The position numbers and the translations under genes were made by a program. DNA of 36,179 bases, from IMG/VR virus record IMGVR_UViG_3300005805_000230, positions 1 to 36,179 of that record, one strand, 5' to 3'. This document shows positions 8,300 through 17,828 of this stretch, one piece after another (position 1 is the stretch's first letter; each line of letters begins with the position of its first letter). Under the pieces are notes generated by a model. The model was not told the origin of the DNA and did no database searches. It saw nothing but the letters and a program-made list of their open reading frames with translations. This DNA is from a virus. Lineage: Duplodnaviria > Caudoviricetes.

Positions 8300-8908
8300 A
8301 TGTTTAACACGAAAGGACAAGAAATCAAACAAGAAGGAGGTACCAGGAAAACCTTTGAACCTGGTGTAGTGCTAGCCCACATTCATTCTGGTACAGTAAA
8401 GACTGCTAAGACCGGTAAGAAAATGCTTGAGCTTATTTTAGAAGGACCAGAACTTCAGAACTTTGAAGGCTGGGCCATTGACAAGAACAATCCTGAAGGA
8501 CCTAAGTTCAAAGGTCAGTCTGCAAGAGTGGGAGCTACCATGTATACTGATCAGTTTGGATCCAATAGTCCTGCTAAGAACCCCATCATTTATAAGTTAT
8601 TATTCCTAGCAAGTGAGCTTGGACTAAGAGACCTAGCTGATGAAGTTAGTGCAGGTAATATTGAAGAGTGGGCAACCAAGGTGATTAATATTCTTAAGGG
8701 TAAAGATATCTATTTCTTTATCCGTGGTACAGAGGAGGAATACAATGGTAAAACTATTGTCAAGCTCTCTCTGCCCAACTATAAGTTTGCATCACTTAAC
8801 CCAGACGCTCTGGATAAGTTTGACAAAGGCAATCAATATCATTATAAGGCTCTTAGTTCTAAATCTATATCAGGATTTGAACCAGCCGTTGATGACTTTG
8901 ACATGTAA
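8300..8908 (+). CDS. Putative single-stranded DNA-binding protein
   Basis: Lies between the Sak4-like ATPase and primase; OB-like start (TFEPGVVLAHI) and acidic/aromatic tail (AVDDFDM). Confidence 0.6.
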   Translation: MFNTKGQEIKQEGGTRKTFEPGVVLAHIHSGTVKTAKTGKKMLELILEGPELQNFEGWAIDKNNPEGPKFKGQSARVGATMYTDQFGSNSPAKNPIIYKLLFLASELGLRDLADEVSAGNIEEWATKVINILKGKDIYFFIRGTEEEYNGKTIVKLSLPNYKFASLNPDALDKFDKGNQYHYKALSSKSISGFEPAVDDFDM

Positions 8909-8948
8909 TCAGAACTCTCTCAATGTGTGATTAGCTCATAAGTAGTCG

Positions 8949-8978
8949 GGGGTGGTTTCTACCACCCCTTCTTTTTTT
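8949..8978 (+). terminator. Rho-independent terminator
   Basis: GGGGTGGT-ttct-ACCACCCC followed by TTCTTTTTTT. Confidence 0.8.
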
Positions 8979-8990
8979 AAACTATAGACT

Positions 8991-9962
8991 ATGTTTAAGA
9001 CTAAGAATCTAGTACACGATATAAAAGATGTCCCTGTTACGTTCATCTTTGAACACTTCTGTAAGCTTGAGCAAAAGCTTACCGGAGATGATATAAAAAT
9101 CAAGAGTCTGTTTAATCCTGATGAACGTACCCCCAGCATGTGCATTTATTGTACACCCTCTGGAGAATATAAGTTCAAGGATTTTTCAACCGGCAAACAG
9201 GGGTCGGCTATAGACATGTTGAAAATGTTGACAGGACTATCCTATTATAAGGTTTCTAACCTGGTAATAGAAAAGTATAACGACTTCATTCTTCATAACA
9301 ATGGAGGGTATGACGTAGAGAAATTCATCAAAGCTTCTAAGTATAGAGTGACCACCCATGCTGTAAGAAACTGGTCCACCCAGGATCAGTACTTCTGGAC
9401 CCAGTTTAATATCGGTACAAAGCTTCTTACAGAACATAGGGTTGCCCCTTTAGAATATTATACAATGACTAAGGATAGCAACAAGCTAACCATTAGAGGG
9501 TTGTATATGTACGGTTACTTTAAAGAAGACGGTACTTTGTATAAGATTTATCAGCCCAAGACTTTAGATAAGAAGTTCATCAAGGTGGCCAACTATGTTC
9601 AAGGTTGGGAGCAGCTTCGTAAACACTCCAACTTAGTAATCACCTCTAGCTTGAAGGACGTTATGTCCATCAAGAGTTTAAAGCTAGAGATAGATGTCAT
9701 AGCTCCTGATAGTGAGAACACCATTCTCAAGCAGGATGTCATGGAAGAACTAAATAACCGGTATAAGAATATTATACTGCTCTTTGATAATGATGAGGCT
9801 GGTATAAAAGCTATGGAGGATTATAAAGAACGTTACCCATTTGTTAAACCCACGGTTCTCCCTATGAGTAAAGACATATCAGACTCTATAAAAGACCATG
9901 GGGCTAAGAATGTTCGTAACCGATTAGTGCCTATCTTAGATAAAAAAATACAAGGTGGCTAA
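8991..9962 (+). CDS. DNA primase (DnaG-like, Toprim)
   Basis: ERTPSM...FKDFSTGKQG (degenerate Zn-binding-type domain), LVITSSLKDVM, APDSE, LLFDNDEAG, KDISD. Confidence 0.85.
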   Translation: MFKTKNLVHDIKDVPVTFIFEHFCKLEQKLTGDDIKIKSLFNPDERTPSMCIYCTPSGEYKFKDFSTGKQGSAIDMLKMLTGLSYYKVSNLVIEKYNDFILHNNGGYDVEKFIKASKYRVTTHAVRNWSTQDQYFWTQFNIGTKLLTEHRVAPLEYYTMTKDSNKLTIRGLYMYGYFKEDGTLYKIYQPKTLDKKFIKVANYVQGWEQLRKHSNLVITSSLKDVMSIKSLKLEIDVIAPDSENTILKQDVMEELNNRYKNIILLFDNDEAGIKAMEDYKERYPFVKPTVLPMSKDISDSIKDHGAKNVRNRLVPILDKKIQGG

Positions 9963-10338
9963 GAAGAAAGCTATTAAACCTAGGGTTAGTAAGGCTAGAA
10001 ATGCCGGCACTATGACAGAGTCAGCATTCTGGTCAATGATTAGATCTGCTCTTAGACAAAAGTCTAGGTGGTGGAAACCCATAGGTAAAGCAAAAGAAAA
10101 AGCAAGACGAGCCTGTAAGAGTTGTGGTAGACAGAAGTGGGAGTATCAATGTAACTATTGTAAAGAATGGTTCCCTGATAAAGAGATTAATGTAGACCAC
10201 ATCTTACCAGCTGGTACACTAAGATGCTCAGCCGATCTACCAGGGTTTGTAGATAGATTGTTTTGTGAAGTGGCAGGGTTACAGGTATTATGCTCAGACT
10301 GTCACGACAAGAAAACTAAACTTGAAAAGAAGTCATGA
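9955..10338 (+). CDS. HNH endonuclease
   Basis: YQCNYC...INVDHILPAG...LQVLCSDCHDKKT; GTG start overlapping the primase stop. Confidence 0.85.
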   Translation: MAKKKAIKPRVSKARNAGTMTESAFWSMIRSALRQKSRWWKPIGKAKEKARRACKSCGRQKWEYQCNYCKEWFPDKEINVDHILPAGTLRCSADLPGFVDRLFCEVAGLQVLCSDCHDKKTKLEKKS

Positions 10339-10511
10339 AAAGTAAGAAGGAACTTATAGAAAAAGTAGTAGAGCAAATAAGGTTGGACGTAGACTGGCAG
10401 GAGTTTGAAGCTTTAGAAGAGCTTTTGACTTTTACACCGGTTGATAATTTAATTAATTATCTTCCAGAAGAAGACTGGAAACAATTTAAACACCTACTTA
10501 AAGAAGAATAA
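10335..10511 (+). CDS. Small acidic hypothetical protein (58 aa, not in ORF track)
   Basis: ATGA overlap with the HNH stop; MKSKKELIEKVVEQIRLDVDWQEFEALEELL...HLLKEE*; fills the gap exactly. Confidence 0.7.
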   Translation: MKSKKELIEKVVEQIRLDVDWQEFEALEELLTFTPVDNLINYLPEEDWKQFKHLLKEE

Positions 10512-10513
10512 CT

Positions 10514-10717
10514 ATGGCAATTTATAACAACGACAAGGACCCAAACGAAACTATGTGGGAACGTCAAGCTACAACCAGTGAGAATAAAAAAATTGTTGAT
10601 CCAATCAATGTACAGGACCTGTTAAATTTCTTAGAGTATGAAGAGGCCCTCACTAAGGATAAGGAATCAGCAATTAGAATTAGAACCTTTTTAAAAAAGA
10701 TTGGAATATGGAGCTAG
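10514..10717 (+). CDS. Hypothetical protein (67 aa)
   Basis: Tightly packed ORF in the operon. Confidence 0.65.
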   Translation: MAIYNNDKDPNETMWERQATTSENKKIVDPINVQDLLNFLEYEEALTKDKESAIRIRTFLKKIGIWS

Positions 10718-11736
10718 AAGATTTAATGGAAGAGAATATAAAAATAATGGAAGACTCCTTCTATAAGAAGAAGTTCTACTTTTCCTACAGCAGTCTTAAT
10801 AAACTACTGTGGAACCCAGCTGTCTTCCAGCAGATGTATATATTTAATATCAGAGAGGAAAAGCAAGAGGCTCACCTCGTACAGGGTAAGATGATTCATT
10901 GTTTGTTACTGGAACCAGAGAACTTTACTAACCAGTTTGTAATCAGTCCTAGTAACCTACCTACTGGTAACATACGTACAGTTATAGATAGAGTGTTCTC
11001 TCATCATAAAGATCTAAAGAACAATGGTGACGAAAGAACTGAACTAGTAGAATTCTCTGATGCCATCATAGACATCATGAGTGATATGAACTACCATCAG
11101 AGTCTGAAGACAGACCAGCAGAGACTAGACAAGATCATAAACCCTGATAGTTTAAACTATTGGGCATTCCTTAAAACAAAGGGAGATAAGATTTTAATTG
11201 ACCAAGAGTCTTATGATTTTTGTTTTAATGCTGTAGAGCTCATCAAGCTGAATAAAAAGGTTTGTCAGCTGTTAGGACTGAACGTTTCTGAGTTTGACAA
11301 CATTGGAGTGATGAACGAGTATCCAGTTCAAATAGACTTTCCTAACAGGCCTTTTGGTCTTAAAGGTATCATAGATAATATTGTTCTTGACCATGACAAA
11401 AAAATTATTTATATTAATGATATAAAGACCACCTCAAAAGACCTCAAAGATTTCCCAGAGACTATTGAGTTTTATAACTACTGGATGCAAGCGGTCATCT
11501 ACTGTAGTATGGTGAATGTTATTTATCAAGATCTTATGGCAGCGGGGTATGAAATGAAGTTCCACTTCATAGTTATAGACAGGAACTTTCAGACATACCC
11601 TTTTCTTGTAAAAGAAAGTACACTGGTTGGTTGGCTAGACAAGCTTACCCAGTGTTTAGATAAAGCAGAATGGCATTATGTAAACCGGAATTATGAGCTA
11701 CCATATGAATTTGCTACAGATTCCATAACACTGTAA
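10708..11736 (+). CDS. PD-(D/E)xK exonuclease (RecE/ExoVIII-like)
   Basis: FSYSSL, G.MIHCLLLEP, NE, LKGIIDNI...INDIKTT, Y.MQAVIY. Confidence 0.85.
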   Translation: MELEDLMEENIKIMEDSFYKKKFYFSYSSLNKLLWNPAVFQQMYIFNIREEKQEAHLVQGKMIHCLLLEPENFTNQFVISPSNLPTGNIRTVIDRVFSHHKDLKNNGDERTELVEFSDAIIDIMSDMNYHQSLKTDQQRLDKIINPDSLNYWAFLKTKGDKILIDQESYDFCFNAVELIKLNKKVCQLLGLNVSEFDNIGVMNEYPVQIDFPNRPFGLKGIIDNIVLDHDKKIIYINDIKTTSKDLKDFPETIEFYNYWMQAVIYCSMVNVIYQDLMAAGYEMKFHFIVIDRNFQTYPFLVKESTLVGWLDKLTQCLDKAEWHYVNRNYELPYEFATDSITL

Positions 11737-11739
11737 AAG

Positions 11740-12300
11740 ATGATTAAAAGTCTGTATAGTAAATACTTTCAAAAGTCTAAGTCATTTCTCTATCCAGCCT
11801 TGGGTATAAAGAAGAACAGTGAGTTTGCTCCTTCCGGTACCTATCTATCCATACAGGATTACATAGGACCGGAGGATGTTAAACTGATATGTACCTTTGA
11901 GAAAACAGACAGTGTAGACTTTGAGAGCTTTGAGATAAACATGCTGATAGAAAACCCCCTCTTTGTAGAGAAGATAGTCATAGAGAAATACAATGTATAT
12001 ATCTTTGATTTTCAGATATATGAAAAGGATTGGTTCAATTTTATCATAGGTAAATACTCAAAGCTGTCAGGTCAGCTAAAGAGAGCCATCAAAAACTATT
12101 ATGGACCAGATTCAGCAGAGTATTCTTTTATAGACAGTTATCTTAATCCAAAAGAATACTTTGAAGAGTATGCTGAGCTTCTGGATATCAGTGTAGAAGA
12201 TCTCAAAAAGATTGGAGAGCTCTGTGATGCATGTGACATGGAGAAAGAAACTTTAAAAATTCCCAGTCAAATACTTGAAAATCTAAAAAAACAAAATTAA
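11740..12300 (+). CDS. Hypothetical phage protein
   Basis: 186-aa ORF (KSKSFLYPALGI...FIIGKYSKLS). Confidence 0.7.
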   Translation: MIKSLYSKYFQKSKSFLYPALGIKKNSEFAPSGTYLSIQDYIGPEDVKLICTFEKTDSVDFESFEINMLIENPLFVEKIVIEKYNVYIFDFQIYEKDWFNFIIGKYSKLSGQLKRAIKNYYGPDSAEYSFIDSYLNPKEYFEEYAELLDISVEDLKKIGELCDACDMEKETLKIPSQILENLKKQN

Positions 12301-12305
12301 ATTTG
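12275..12305 (+). promoter_or_regulatory. Bacteroidota housekeeping-sigma-type promoter (-33/-7)
   Basis: TTG (12275-12277), 20-nt spacer, TAAATTTG (12298-12305), matching TAnnTTTG; 20 nt before the ATG at 12326. Confidence 0.6.
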
Positions 12306-12325
12306 TCACCTAAAACAAATTAGTT

Positions 12326-12754
12326 ATGAGTAAATCTATGATGTTAATCACATCAACCTGGGGTCCAGCAAAGACCTTTAAAATGATACCAACAGACGTC
12401 AACTGTCCTTATGCTGAATGCATCTTTGATTGTCACACAGGTGTCTTTGCAGCTATTGGTAGAGAAAAGAAGCAAACCTTTCACATGATGCCAAGGTTGA
12501 ATGACCATGGTGATATTGTACAGATGAAGATTGGTAAGCGTGATAACGGTAAGCCTCATGCAGAGGAAAGAAAGTTAGTAGAAAGCTTCTATGAATATTA
12601 TATTGAGATGGAGTCTGAGATTGAAGAGTTTGTAAAGTTGTTTGCAGTTAATGCAGATAAGTTTGATTACAAACAATACTTTGAGATTGCTAAGCAAGCC
12701 AAGGCTGCTACAGTAACTCCTTCCTCAATACTCACTTCAGTGGATGCTTTATAA
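12326..12754 (+). CDS. Hypothetical protein (142 aa)
   Basis: ORF flanked by its own candidate promoter and terminator. Confidence 0.7.
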   Translation: MSKSMMLITSTWGPAKTFKMIPTDVNCPYAECIFDCHTGVFAAIGREKKQTFHMMPRLNDHGDIVQMKIGKRDNGKPHAEERKLVESFYEYYIEMESEIEEFVKLFAVNADKFDYKQYFEIAKQAKAATVTPSSILTSVDAL

Positions 12755-12787
12755 GATCTAGTGTTTTTGAGAATAAATAGGTATGCG

Positions 12788-12815
12788 AAAAGGGGGGATT
12801 TCTATCTCCCCTTTT
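12788..12815 (+). terminator. Rho-independent terminator-like hairpin
   Basis: AAAAGGGGGGAT-ttct-ATCTCCCCTTTT. Confidence 0.7.
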
Positions 12816-12847
12816 ATTAATTTAAAGGGGAAACAGCTTAACTGAAT

Positions 12848-14794
12848 ATGTATTTTATGACCAAGTCAACACACTGGGTGATGGACTATGAGACAATTGT
12901 CAATTGTTTTGTAGCAGTCTTTGTAGACTATAAAGACAGTAATGCCAAGCATCTCTTTGTCATCCATGACCAGAGAAACGATCTCCCTAAATTTCTAGAC
13001 TTCTTAGACCGGTGCATCAAGAGTAAACAGTGGCACATAAGCTACAATGGTTTAGCCTTTGATGCTCAGGTGACAGAGTTTATTCTAGCCAACAGGTCTA
13101 GACTTCTCACCCTTGACAGCAACGGTATCACCAAAGAGATTTATTCCTTTGTACAAGATCTGTTAGCCAGAAAAGATCAGAACGTCTTCCCTCCTTATTC
13201 TCCTAATAGAATGAAGATTAAACAGCTTGACCTGTTTAAGATGAACCATTGGGATAATAAAGCCAAGATGTCTAGCCTTAAGTGGATACAGTATTCCATG
13301 GACTGGAACAATGTAGAGGAGATGCCTCACCCACACTTTGAACCCGTGACGGATAGTCACACATTAACACAAGTAGTAGACTATTGTTTGAACGATGTGC
13401 TGTCTACTAAGGAGATTCTCAAGCATTCCAAAGAACAGATACAGCTTAGGAAAGACCTAACAAAAGAATATAATATAGACTTGTACTCTGCTTCAGAGCC
13501 AAGAATATCCAAAGAATTATTCCTGCACTTCCTGCATAATAAACTGGGCTGGGAAAAGTCTGAGATTAAACAGCTACGTACCCATCGTGACTACATTGTA
13601 CTAGCCAATTGTATCCTTCCTTATATTAGTTTTGAAACTCCTGAGTTTAACAAGGTGCTGGATTATTTCCGTACTAAAGTAATTACTTCTACTAAGGACG
13701 GATTTAAATACAGTATGACGTATAGAGGTGTCAAAACAGACTACGGCTTAGGCGGCCTCCATGGTGCTACGTCTTCAGGAGTATATGAAGCTAAGCCAGG
13801 CTGGACCATTATGACCTCAGATGTCACAAGCTTCTATCCCAACCTAGCTATTAAGAATGGCTTTGCTCCCGGTCATCTCCCAAAGAAAGAGTTCTGTGAT
13901 CTGTATGAGTGGATCTTTGAAGAGAGAAAGAAGATTCCCAAGGCAGACCCTAAGAACTATGTGTATAAGATCATTTTGAATAGCACCTATGGCTTAACCG
14001 GTGACCCCAATAGTTTCCTGTATGACCCACAGATGACTATGCAAATCACTATTAACGGTCAACTGTTGTTGTCTAAGCTATATGAGATGATAAGCTTAGC
14101 TATCCCTGAGTCTATACCTCTTATGCAGAATACTGACGGCTTAGAGACTATGATTCCAGAGAATAAGATGGACGTCTATCATAAAGTTTGTAAGGAGTGG
14201 GAGTACATGACCCAGCTCAGCTTAGAACATGACGAATATCAGAAGATGATTATTGGGGACGTGAATAATTACATAGCCGTACATAAGAATGGAAAGGTCA
14301 AATGTAAGGGTAGGTTTGAGTGGGAAGACCTTGAGAAGAAGAAGGTGAGTGTGTTCCATAAGAACAAGAGCTTTCTTATTATTCCTAAGGCCATCTATGC
14401 CTACTTTGTAAATGGGATTAAACCTGAGAAGTTTATAGAAGATAATCAGAGCATCTATGATTATTGTGCTGGAGTTAAAGCCAAGTCTGGTTGGCACTTT
14501 GAAGAGAGAGTAATCAGAGAAGGCAGTGTAGAAATCAAAAGACTACAGAAGATTGTCCGGTACTATGTATCTACTACAGGAGTGAAGCTGATGAAGTGTC
14601 ACAACGATGGTAGAGAAATACAAGTGGAGGCCGGGCAGTGGATGCAAACAGTTGTAAATCAACTAGATGAGAAATTAATCCCCTTTAGTAGTCTTAGTAT
14701 TGACAAAAAGTTTTATCTTGAAGAGATTTATAAAGAGATAAATCAGATAGAAAAAGTAAAGGACAGACAGTTCAAACAGTTATCATTATTTTAA
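12848..14794 (+). CDS. polB: Family B DNA polymerase with 3'-5' exonuclease
   Basis: ExoI DYET, ExoII YNGLAFD, ExoIII YCLND; polymerase motifs SDVTSFYPN, KIILNSTYG, NTDG. Confidence 0.93.
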   Translation: MYFMTKSTHWVMDYETIVNCFVAVFVDYKDSNAKHLFVIHDQRNDLPKFLDFLDRCIKSKQWHISYNGLAFDAQVTEFILANRSRLLTLDSNGITKEIYSFVQDLLARKDQNVFPPYSPNRMKIKQLDLFKMNHWDNKAKMSSLKWIQYSMDWNNVEEMPHPHFEPVTDSHTLTQVVDYCLNDVLSTKEILKHSKEQIQLRKDLTKEYNIDLYSASEPRISKELFLHFLHNKLGWEKSEIKQLRTHRDYIVLANCILPYISFETPEFNKVLDYFRTKVITSTKDGFKYSMTYRGVKTDYGLGGLHGATSSGVYEAKPGWTIMTSDVTSFYPNLAIKNGFAPGHLPKKEFCDLYEWIFEERKKIPKADPKNYVYKIILNSTYGLTGDPNSFLYDPQMTMQITINGQLLLSKLYEMISLAIPESIPLMQNTDGLETMIPENKMDVYHKVCKEWEYMTQLSLEHDEYQKMIIGDVNNYIAVHKNGKVKCKGRFEWEDLEKKKVSVFHKNKSFLIIPKAIYAYFVNGIKPEKFIEDNQSIYDYCAGVKAKSGWHFEERVIREGSVEIKRLQKIVRYYVSTTGVKLMKCHNDGREIQVEAGQWMQTVVNQLDEKLIPFSSLSIDKKFYLEEIYKEINQIEKVKDRQFKQLSLF

Positions 14795-14813
14795 AACATT
14801 AAACCAAACATTT

Positions 14814-15653
14814 ATGCCAGCAAGAACACCAATTGTAACAGAAGGAAACCTGAGGGCCACTGTAATCCCTCAGCATTCAAGTCTTTATGGGGCCATTTCT
14901 CACGGTGAAATTATAGACACCACCCGTAAAGAACTATCAACAGTAGGTCTACGTATTTCTAAAGAGATCTACAAGTCATCTATAGACGGACAGATTGCAC
15001 AAGGTATCTACCACCTCACCCACTCAGATGATCCTGAGATGGGGTTGATGTTTGCATGGGCCAACAGCTACAACAAGACTATGAAGTTCAAGTGTGCTTC
15101 AGGAGCTCATGTATTTGTATGCAGTAATGGAATGATCTCTGGTGATCTAGCCAACTATTCCAGGAAGCATTTTGGTAAGTCAGCTTTAGCTGATGCAATC
15201 CTATCTATACAGAAACAGCTAGGGGATGCTTATATTCATTATAAGAATCTTATAGCAGCAAAGGAAGCTTTGAAGAATATCACCCTGTCTCAGAAAGACC
15301 GGTCTTCTCTTTTAGGAATCATGTATGCCGATAAAGAAATGCTGGGTCTTAGCCAAGTGGGTGTAGTGAAAAGAGAGATGGACACTCCTAGCTTCAATTA
15401 CAATGCTGATAAGGATTCAGCATGGGCATTTTATAATCATGTCACGTTAGCTCTGAAGAACTCACATCCGTTTGACTATATAACCAACCATCAGGAACTA
15501 CACACAATGTTTATTAATGAGTTTGGTATACTAGTTAATCCGACAAATTCTTGGGACCCCACAAATCCTGACGTTCAGGAGGAAGAACAAGAAGATCAAA
15601 CAGTAGAGCTTGTACAAGAGACAAGTGATAGAGTTGTTATTGATGCTATATAA
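14814..15653 (+). CDS. DUF932/DUF945-like protein
   Basis: YGAISH.EII, W.NSYNKT, G..VFVCSNGMI, SAWAFYN.VT..LK. Confidence 0.7.
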   Translation: MPARTPIVTEGNLRATVIPQHSSLYGAISHGEIIDTTRKELSTVGLRISKEIYKSSIDGQIAQGIYHLTHSDDPEMGLMFAWANSYNKTMKFKCASGAHVFVCSNGMISGDLANYSRKHFGKSALADAILSIQKQLGDAYIHYKNLIAAKEALKNITLSQKDRSSLLGIMYADKEMLGLSQVGVVKREMDTPSFNYNADKDSAWAFYNHVTLALKNSHPFDYITNHQELHTMFINEFGILVNPTNSWDPTNPDVQEEEQEDQTVELVQETSDRVVIDAI

Positions 15654-15661
15654 ACCAACAT

Positions 15662-15697
15662 GGAGGGGGTTGGATATCCCAGCCCTCTCCTTTTTTT
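15662..15697 (+). terminator. Rho-independent terminator
   Basis: GGAGGGGGTTGG-atatc-CCAGCCCTCTCC followed by T7. Confidence 0.85.
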
Positions 15698-15718
15698 AAC
15701 CACATACTTTTAAAACTT

Positions 15719-16399
15719 ATGATAGTAGGAATAAACGGATATGCTGGATCCGGCAAGGACACAATTGGAAAGATCATTCAGGATGAGTATTCTGAATTGA
15801 ATTGGGAGATTAAGAAGTTTGCAGGTAAGCTTAAGACCATAGCTTCCATTCTTACAAGTATCCCAGAAGAGAAGTTTGAACACGAGCATTTTAAAAAAAA
15901 GAATCTTGACCGGTGTTGGTGGACTACATGTGACGAAGGTTATGTTCCTATGACTGTCAGAGAGTTCTTACAGAAGCTGGGCACAGATGCTTTAAGAAAC
16001 GGACTACATACTAACGTCTGGGTGAATGCTCTAATGAGTGAGTACAAGAGACCCATTAGTGTTGAGAGGTTTATGTATATAAAGGGTTATGCAAAGAGTG
16101 AAGAGTCTATCACTAAAGACATGATTGACCCTGAGTATAAGGCTGAGTATGAAGAGGAAGTCAAACCGCCAAACTGGATTATAACCGATGTCCGTTTTCC
16201 TAATGAGGCTAGAGCCATTAAGAACAAAGGAGGCATTGTCATCAGGGTAAACAGACCAGGAGTAAGTCCTATTAACAATCACCCTTCAGAGGTGGGACTA
16301 GATGACTGGAAGTTTGACTATGTGATTAACAATGATTCTAGTGTTGACCATCTAACCAATTTAATTATTGAAACACTTGACAATCAAGAAGTACTATGA
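15719..16399 (+). CDS. Deoxynucleoside monophosphate kinase (T4 gp1/T5-like)
   Basis: IVGINGYAGSGKDT, FAGKLK, REFLQKLGTD, IITDVRFPNE, HPSE. Confidence 0.9.
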   Translation: MIVGINGYAGSGKDTIGKIIQDEYSELNWEIKKFAGKLKTIASILTSIPEEKFEHEHFKKKNLDRCWWTTCDEGYVPMTVREFLQKLGTDALRNGLHTNVWVNALMSEYKRPISVERFMYIKGYAKSEESITKDMIDPEYKAEYEEEVKPPNWIITDVRFPNEARAIKNKGGIVIRVNRPGVSPINNHPSEVGLDDWKFDYVINNDSSVDHLTNLIIETLDNQEVL

Positions 16400-16569
16400 C
16401 AAAGTTTGATTATAAAATTGTTGTCCTCCCAGTTGGAGTTCAGAAAGTTGAAGAAGAGTTAAACACCCTTGGTAACCAGGGGTGGGAACTTATTGCTGTA
16501 GACTTTGAAGCTAGGAGGTATATTTTTAAAATGATCAGATATCATGAAAATAGTAAAGCAAAAAACTAA
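16396..16569 (+). CDS. DUF4177-like small protein (57 aa, not in ORF track)
   Basis: MTKFDYKIVVL...EEELNTLGNQGWELIAV...YIFK; ATGA overlap with the kinase stop. Confidence 0.75.
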   Translation: MTKFDYKIVVLPVGVQKVEEELNTLGNQGWELIAVDFEARRYIFKMIRYHENSKAKN

Positions 16570-17395
16570 AACCCTAAAGACTAGAGATAATGGGAGAAGC
16601 TCAGATGCAGTTTCTCCCAATTTTATCTATGGATGTTTAGGAGGCTGCATGAAGTCCTACTGTTATGTAGGGAGATACAATCATGACAGAGTATATATAA
16701 ATGAGAATACAGATAGTATTCTAAATTCTATTTCAAAGTGGGCAGCGGATAGACCGTGGCCCAAAGTTCCTAATCAAACAGATGATACCTACTATACAAT
16801 AGATATAGGATGTAGTACAGATGTAGCTCTACTGGGGAAGCATTACAATTGGCAGAAGGTATTTGATTTCTTTAATGATTCTCCTACATTGAAGAGTACC
16901 TTTGCTACCAAGTATCCTAGCAGATTTAAAGCAGATGACTACAAGTTGTTGCCAGGTAAGCACAGGATTAGAGTGAGTCTGATGCCTCAGAAGTATTCAG
17001 ATATACTAGAACCTAACACGGATTCTATATGTAAACGCATACAATCTATCCCAAATCTGCAAAAGTATATGGAAGTACATATAAACTTCAGTCCTATCAT
17101 CTATACAGATGGTTGGCTAGAAGAGTATGAAAAGCTTTTCCAAGATATAAAAGCAGCAGGTATAGATGTACAATGTGAGTGTATATTCCTGACGTACCAT
17201 CTTATACAGAAGGACCGTAACTGTCAAGAAGTAAATGATGTTTGCTGGAGACCAGACATACAAGAGTTTAAGGACTCACAGTATGCCCCACATAATATCC
17301 GGTATAAACACGATCTTAAGGCAGTAATGGTTAAGCAGTTCATCAATCTTTATTCTAAGTATTTTAATCCCTCACAAATCAGATACATATTTTAA
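16544..17395 (+). CDS. Spore photoproduct lyase (SplB)-family radical SAM protein
   Basis: GRSSD.VSPN..YGC...C....CYV, VYIN, DIGCSTD, FATK, RIRVSLMPQ....LEP.T..I..RI, VHINFSPII...GW.EEY. Confidence 0.75.
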   Translation: MKIVKQKTKTLKTRDNGRSSDAVSPNFIYGCLGGCMKSYCYVGRYNHDRVYINENTDSILNSISKWAADRPWPKVPNQTDDTYYTIDIGCSTDVALLGKHYNWQKVFDFFNDSPTLKSTFATKYPSRFKADDYKLLPGKHRIRVSLMPQKYSDILEPNTDSICKRIQSIPNLQKYMEVHINFSPIIYTDGWLEEYEKLFQDIKAAGIDVQCECIFLTYHLIQKDRNCQEVNDVCWRPDIQEFKDSQYAPHNIRYKHDLKAVMVKQFINLYSKYFNPSQIRYIF

Positions 17396-17397
17396 CT

Positions 17398-17622
17398 ATG
17401 AACTTTACTAGTAACAGAATTCCATTAGATGATGTATGTTTCAAGGTGTATGACCCTGAAAAGAAAGAGTTGATTGGCACATTTGAAACAGCCACGGTAG
17501 CTTCACATAAGTTGGGACTCACTGTAAAAGTAATACATACAGCAGCAAGGAATAAAACCAGACGGTTTTCTCCTATCTTGAACAAAGAAATATCAATCAG
17601 ATTTGGAAGTAAAACCAAATAA
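17398..17622 (+). CDS. Small NUMOD1-like HTH DNA-binding protein
   Basis: VYDPEKKELIGTFETATVASHKLGL..KVI..A pattern. Confidence 0.55.
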   Translation: MNFTSNRIPLDDVCFKVYDPEKKELIGTFETATVASHKLGLTVKVIHTAARNKTRRFSPILNKEISIRFGSKTK

Positions 17623-17624
17623 AT

Positions 17625-17828
17625 ATGATTCTTGAATTAGTAAGCACCCCAACATTCTGCATAGGTATTACTTTTTTTAGTAGACTTAAAACAGTTTTGG
17701 GGATGGATGTAGAAATCTTTCAGCAGCATGAGAAAGAATCTACAGTTGTTTTTGAATACCTCAGTGTCACAATAGGTATTATCTTTATAAATTTTATGGT
17801 TCGTATTAGAAGAGGAAGGGCTAAATAG
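17625..17828 (+). CDS. Small hydrophobic hypothetical protein
   Basis: 67-aa ORF with hydrophobic C-terminal segment and basic tail; last gene of the plus-strand block. Confidence 0.55.
   Translation: MILELVSTPTFCIGITFFSRLKTVLGMDVEIFQQHEKESTVVFEYLSVTIGIIFINFMVRIRRGRAK

Noticed and set aside
9955-10338. HNH (and the NUMOD1-like ORF at 17398) as intron/intein-associated mobile elements
   Set aside because: Flanking genes are uninterrupted and no intron or intein signatures were seen; PolB, helicase and primase are contiguous.
10708-11736. Cas4/CRISPR system
   Set aside because: No Fe-S cysteine set, no other cas genes and no repeat-spacer array were seen.
12826-12847. GGGGAAACAGCTTAACTG before polB as a T4 gp43-like translational operator
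   Set aside because: Only a 3-bp stem; not supportable without conservation data.
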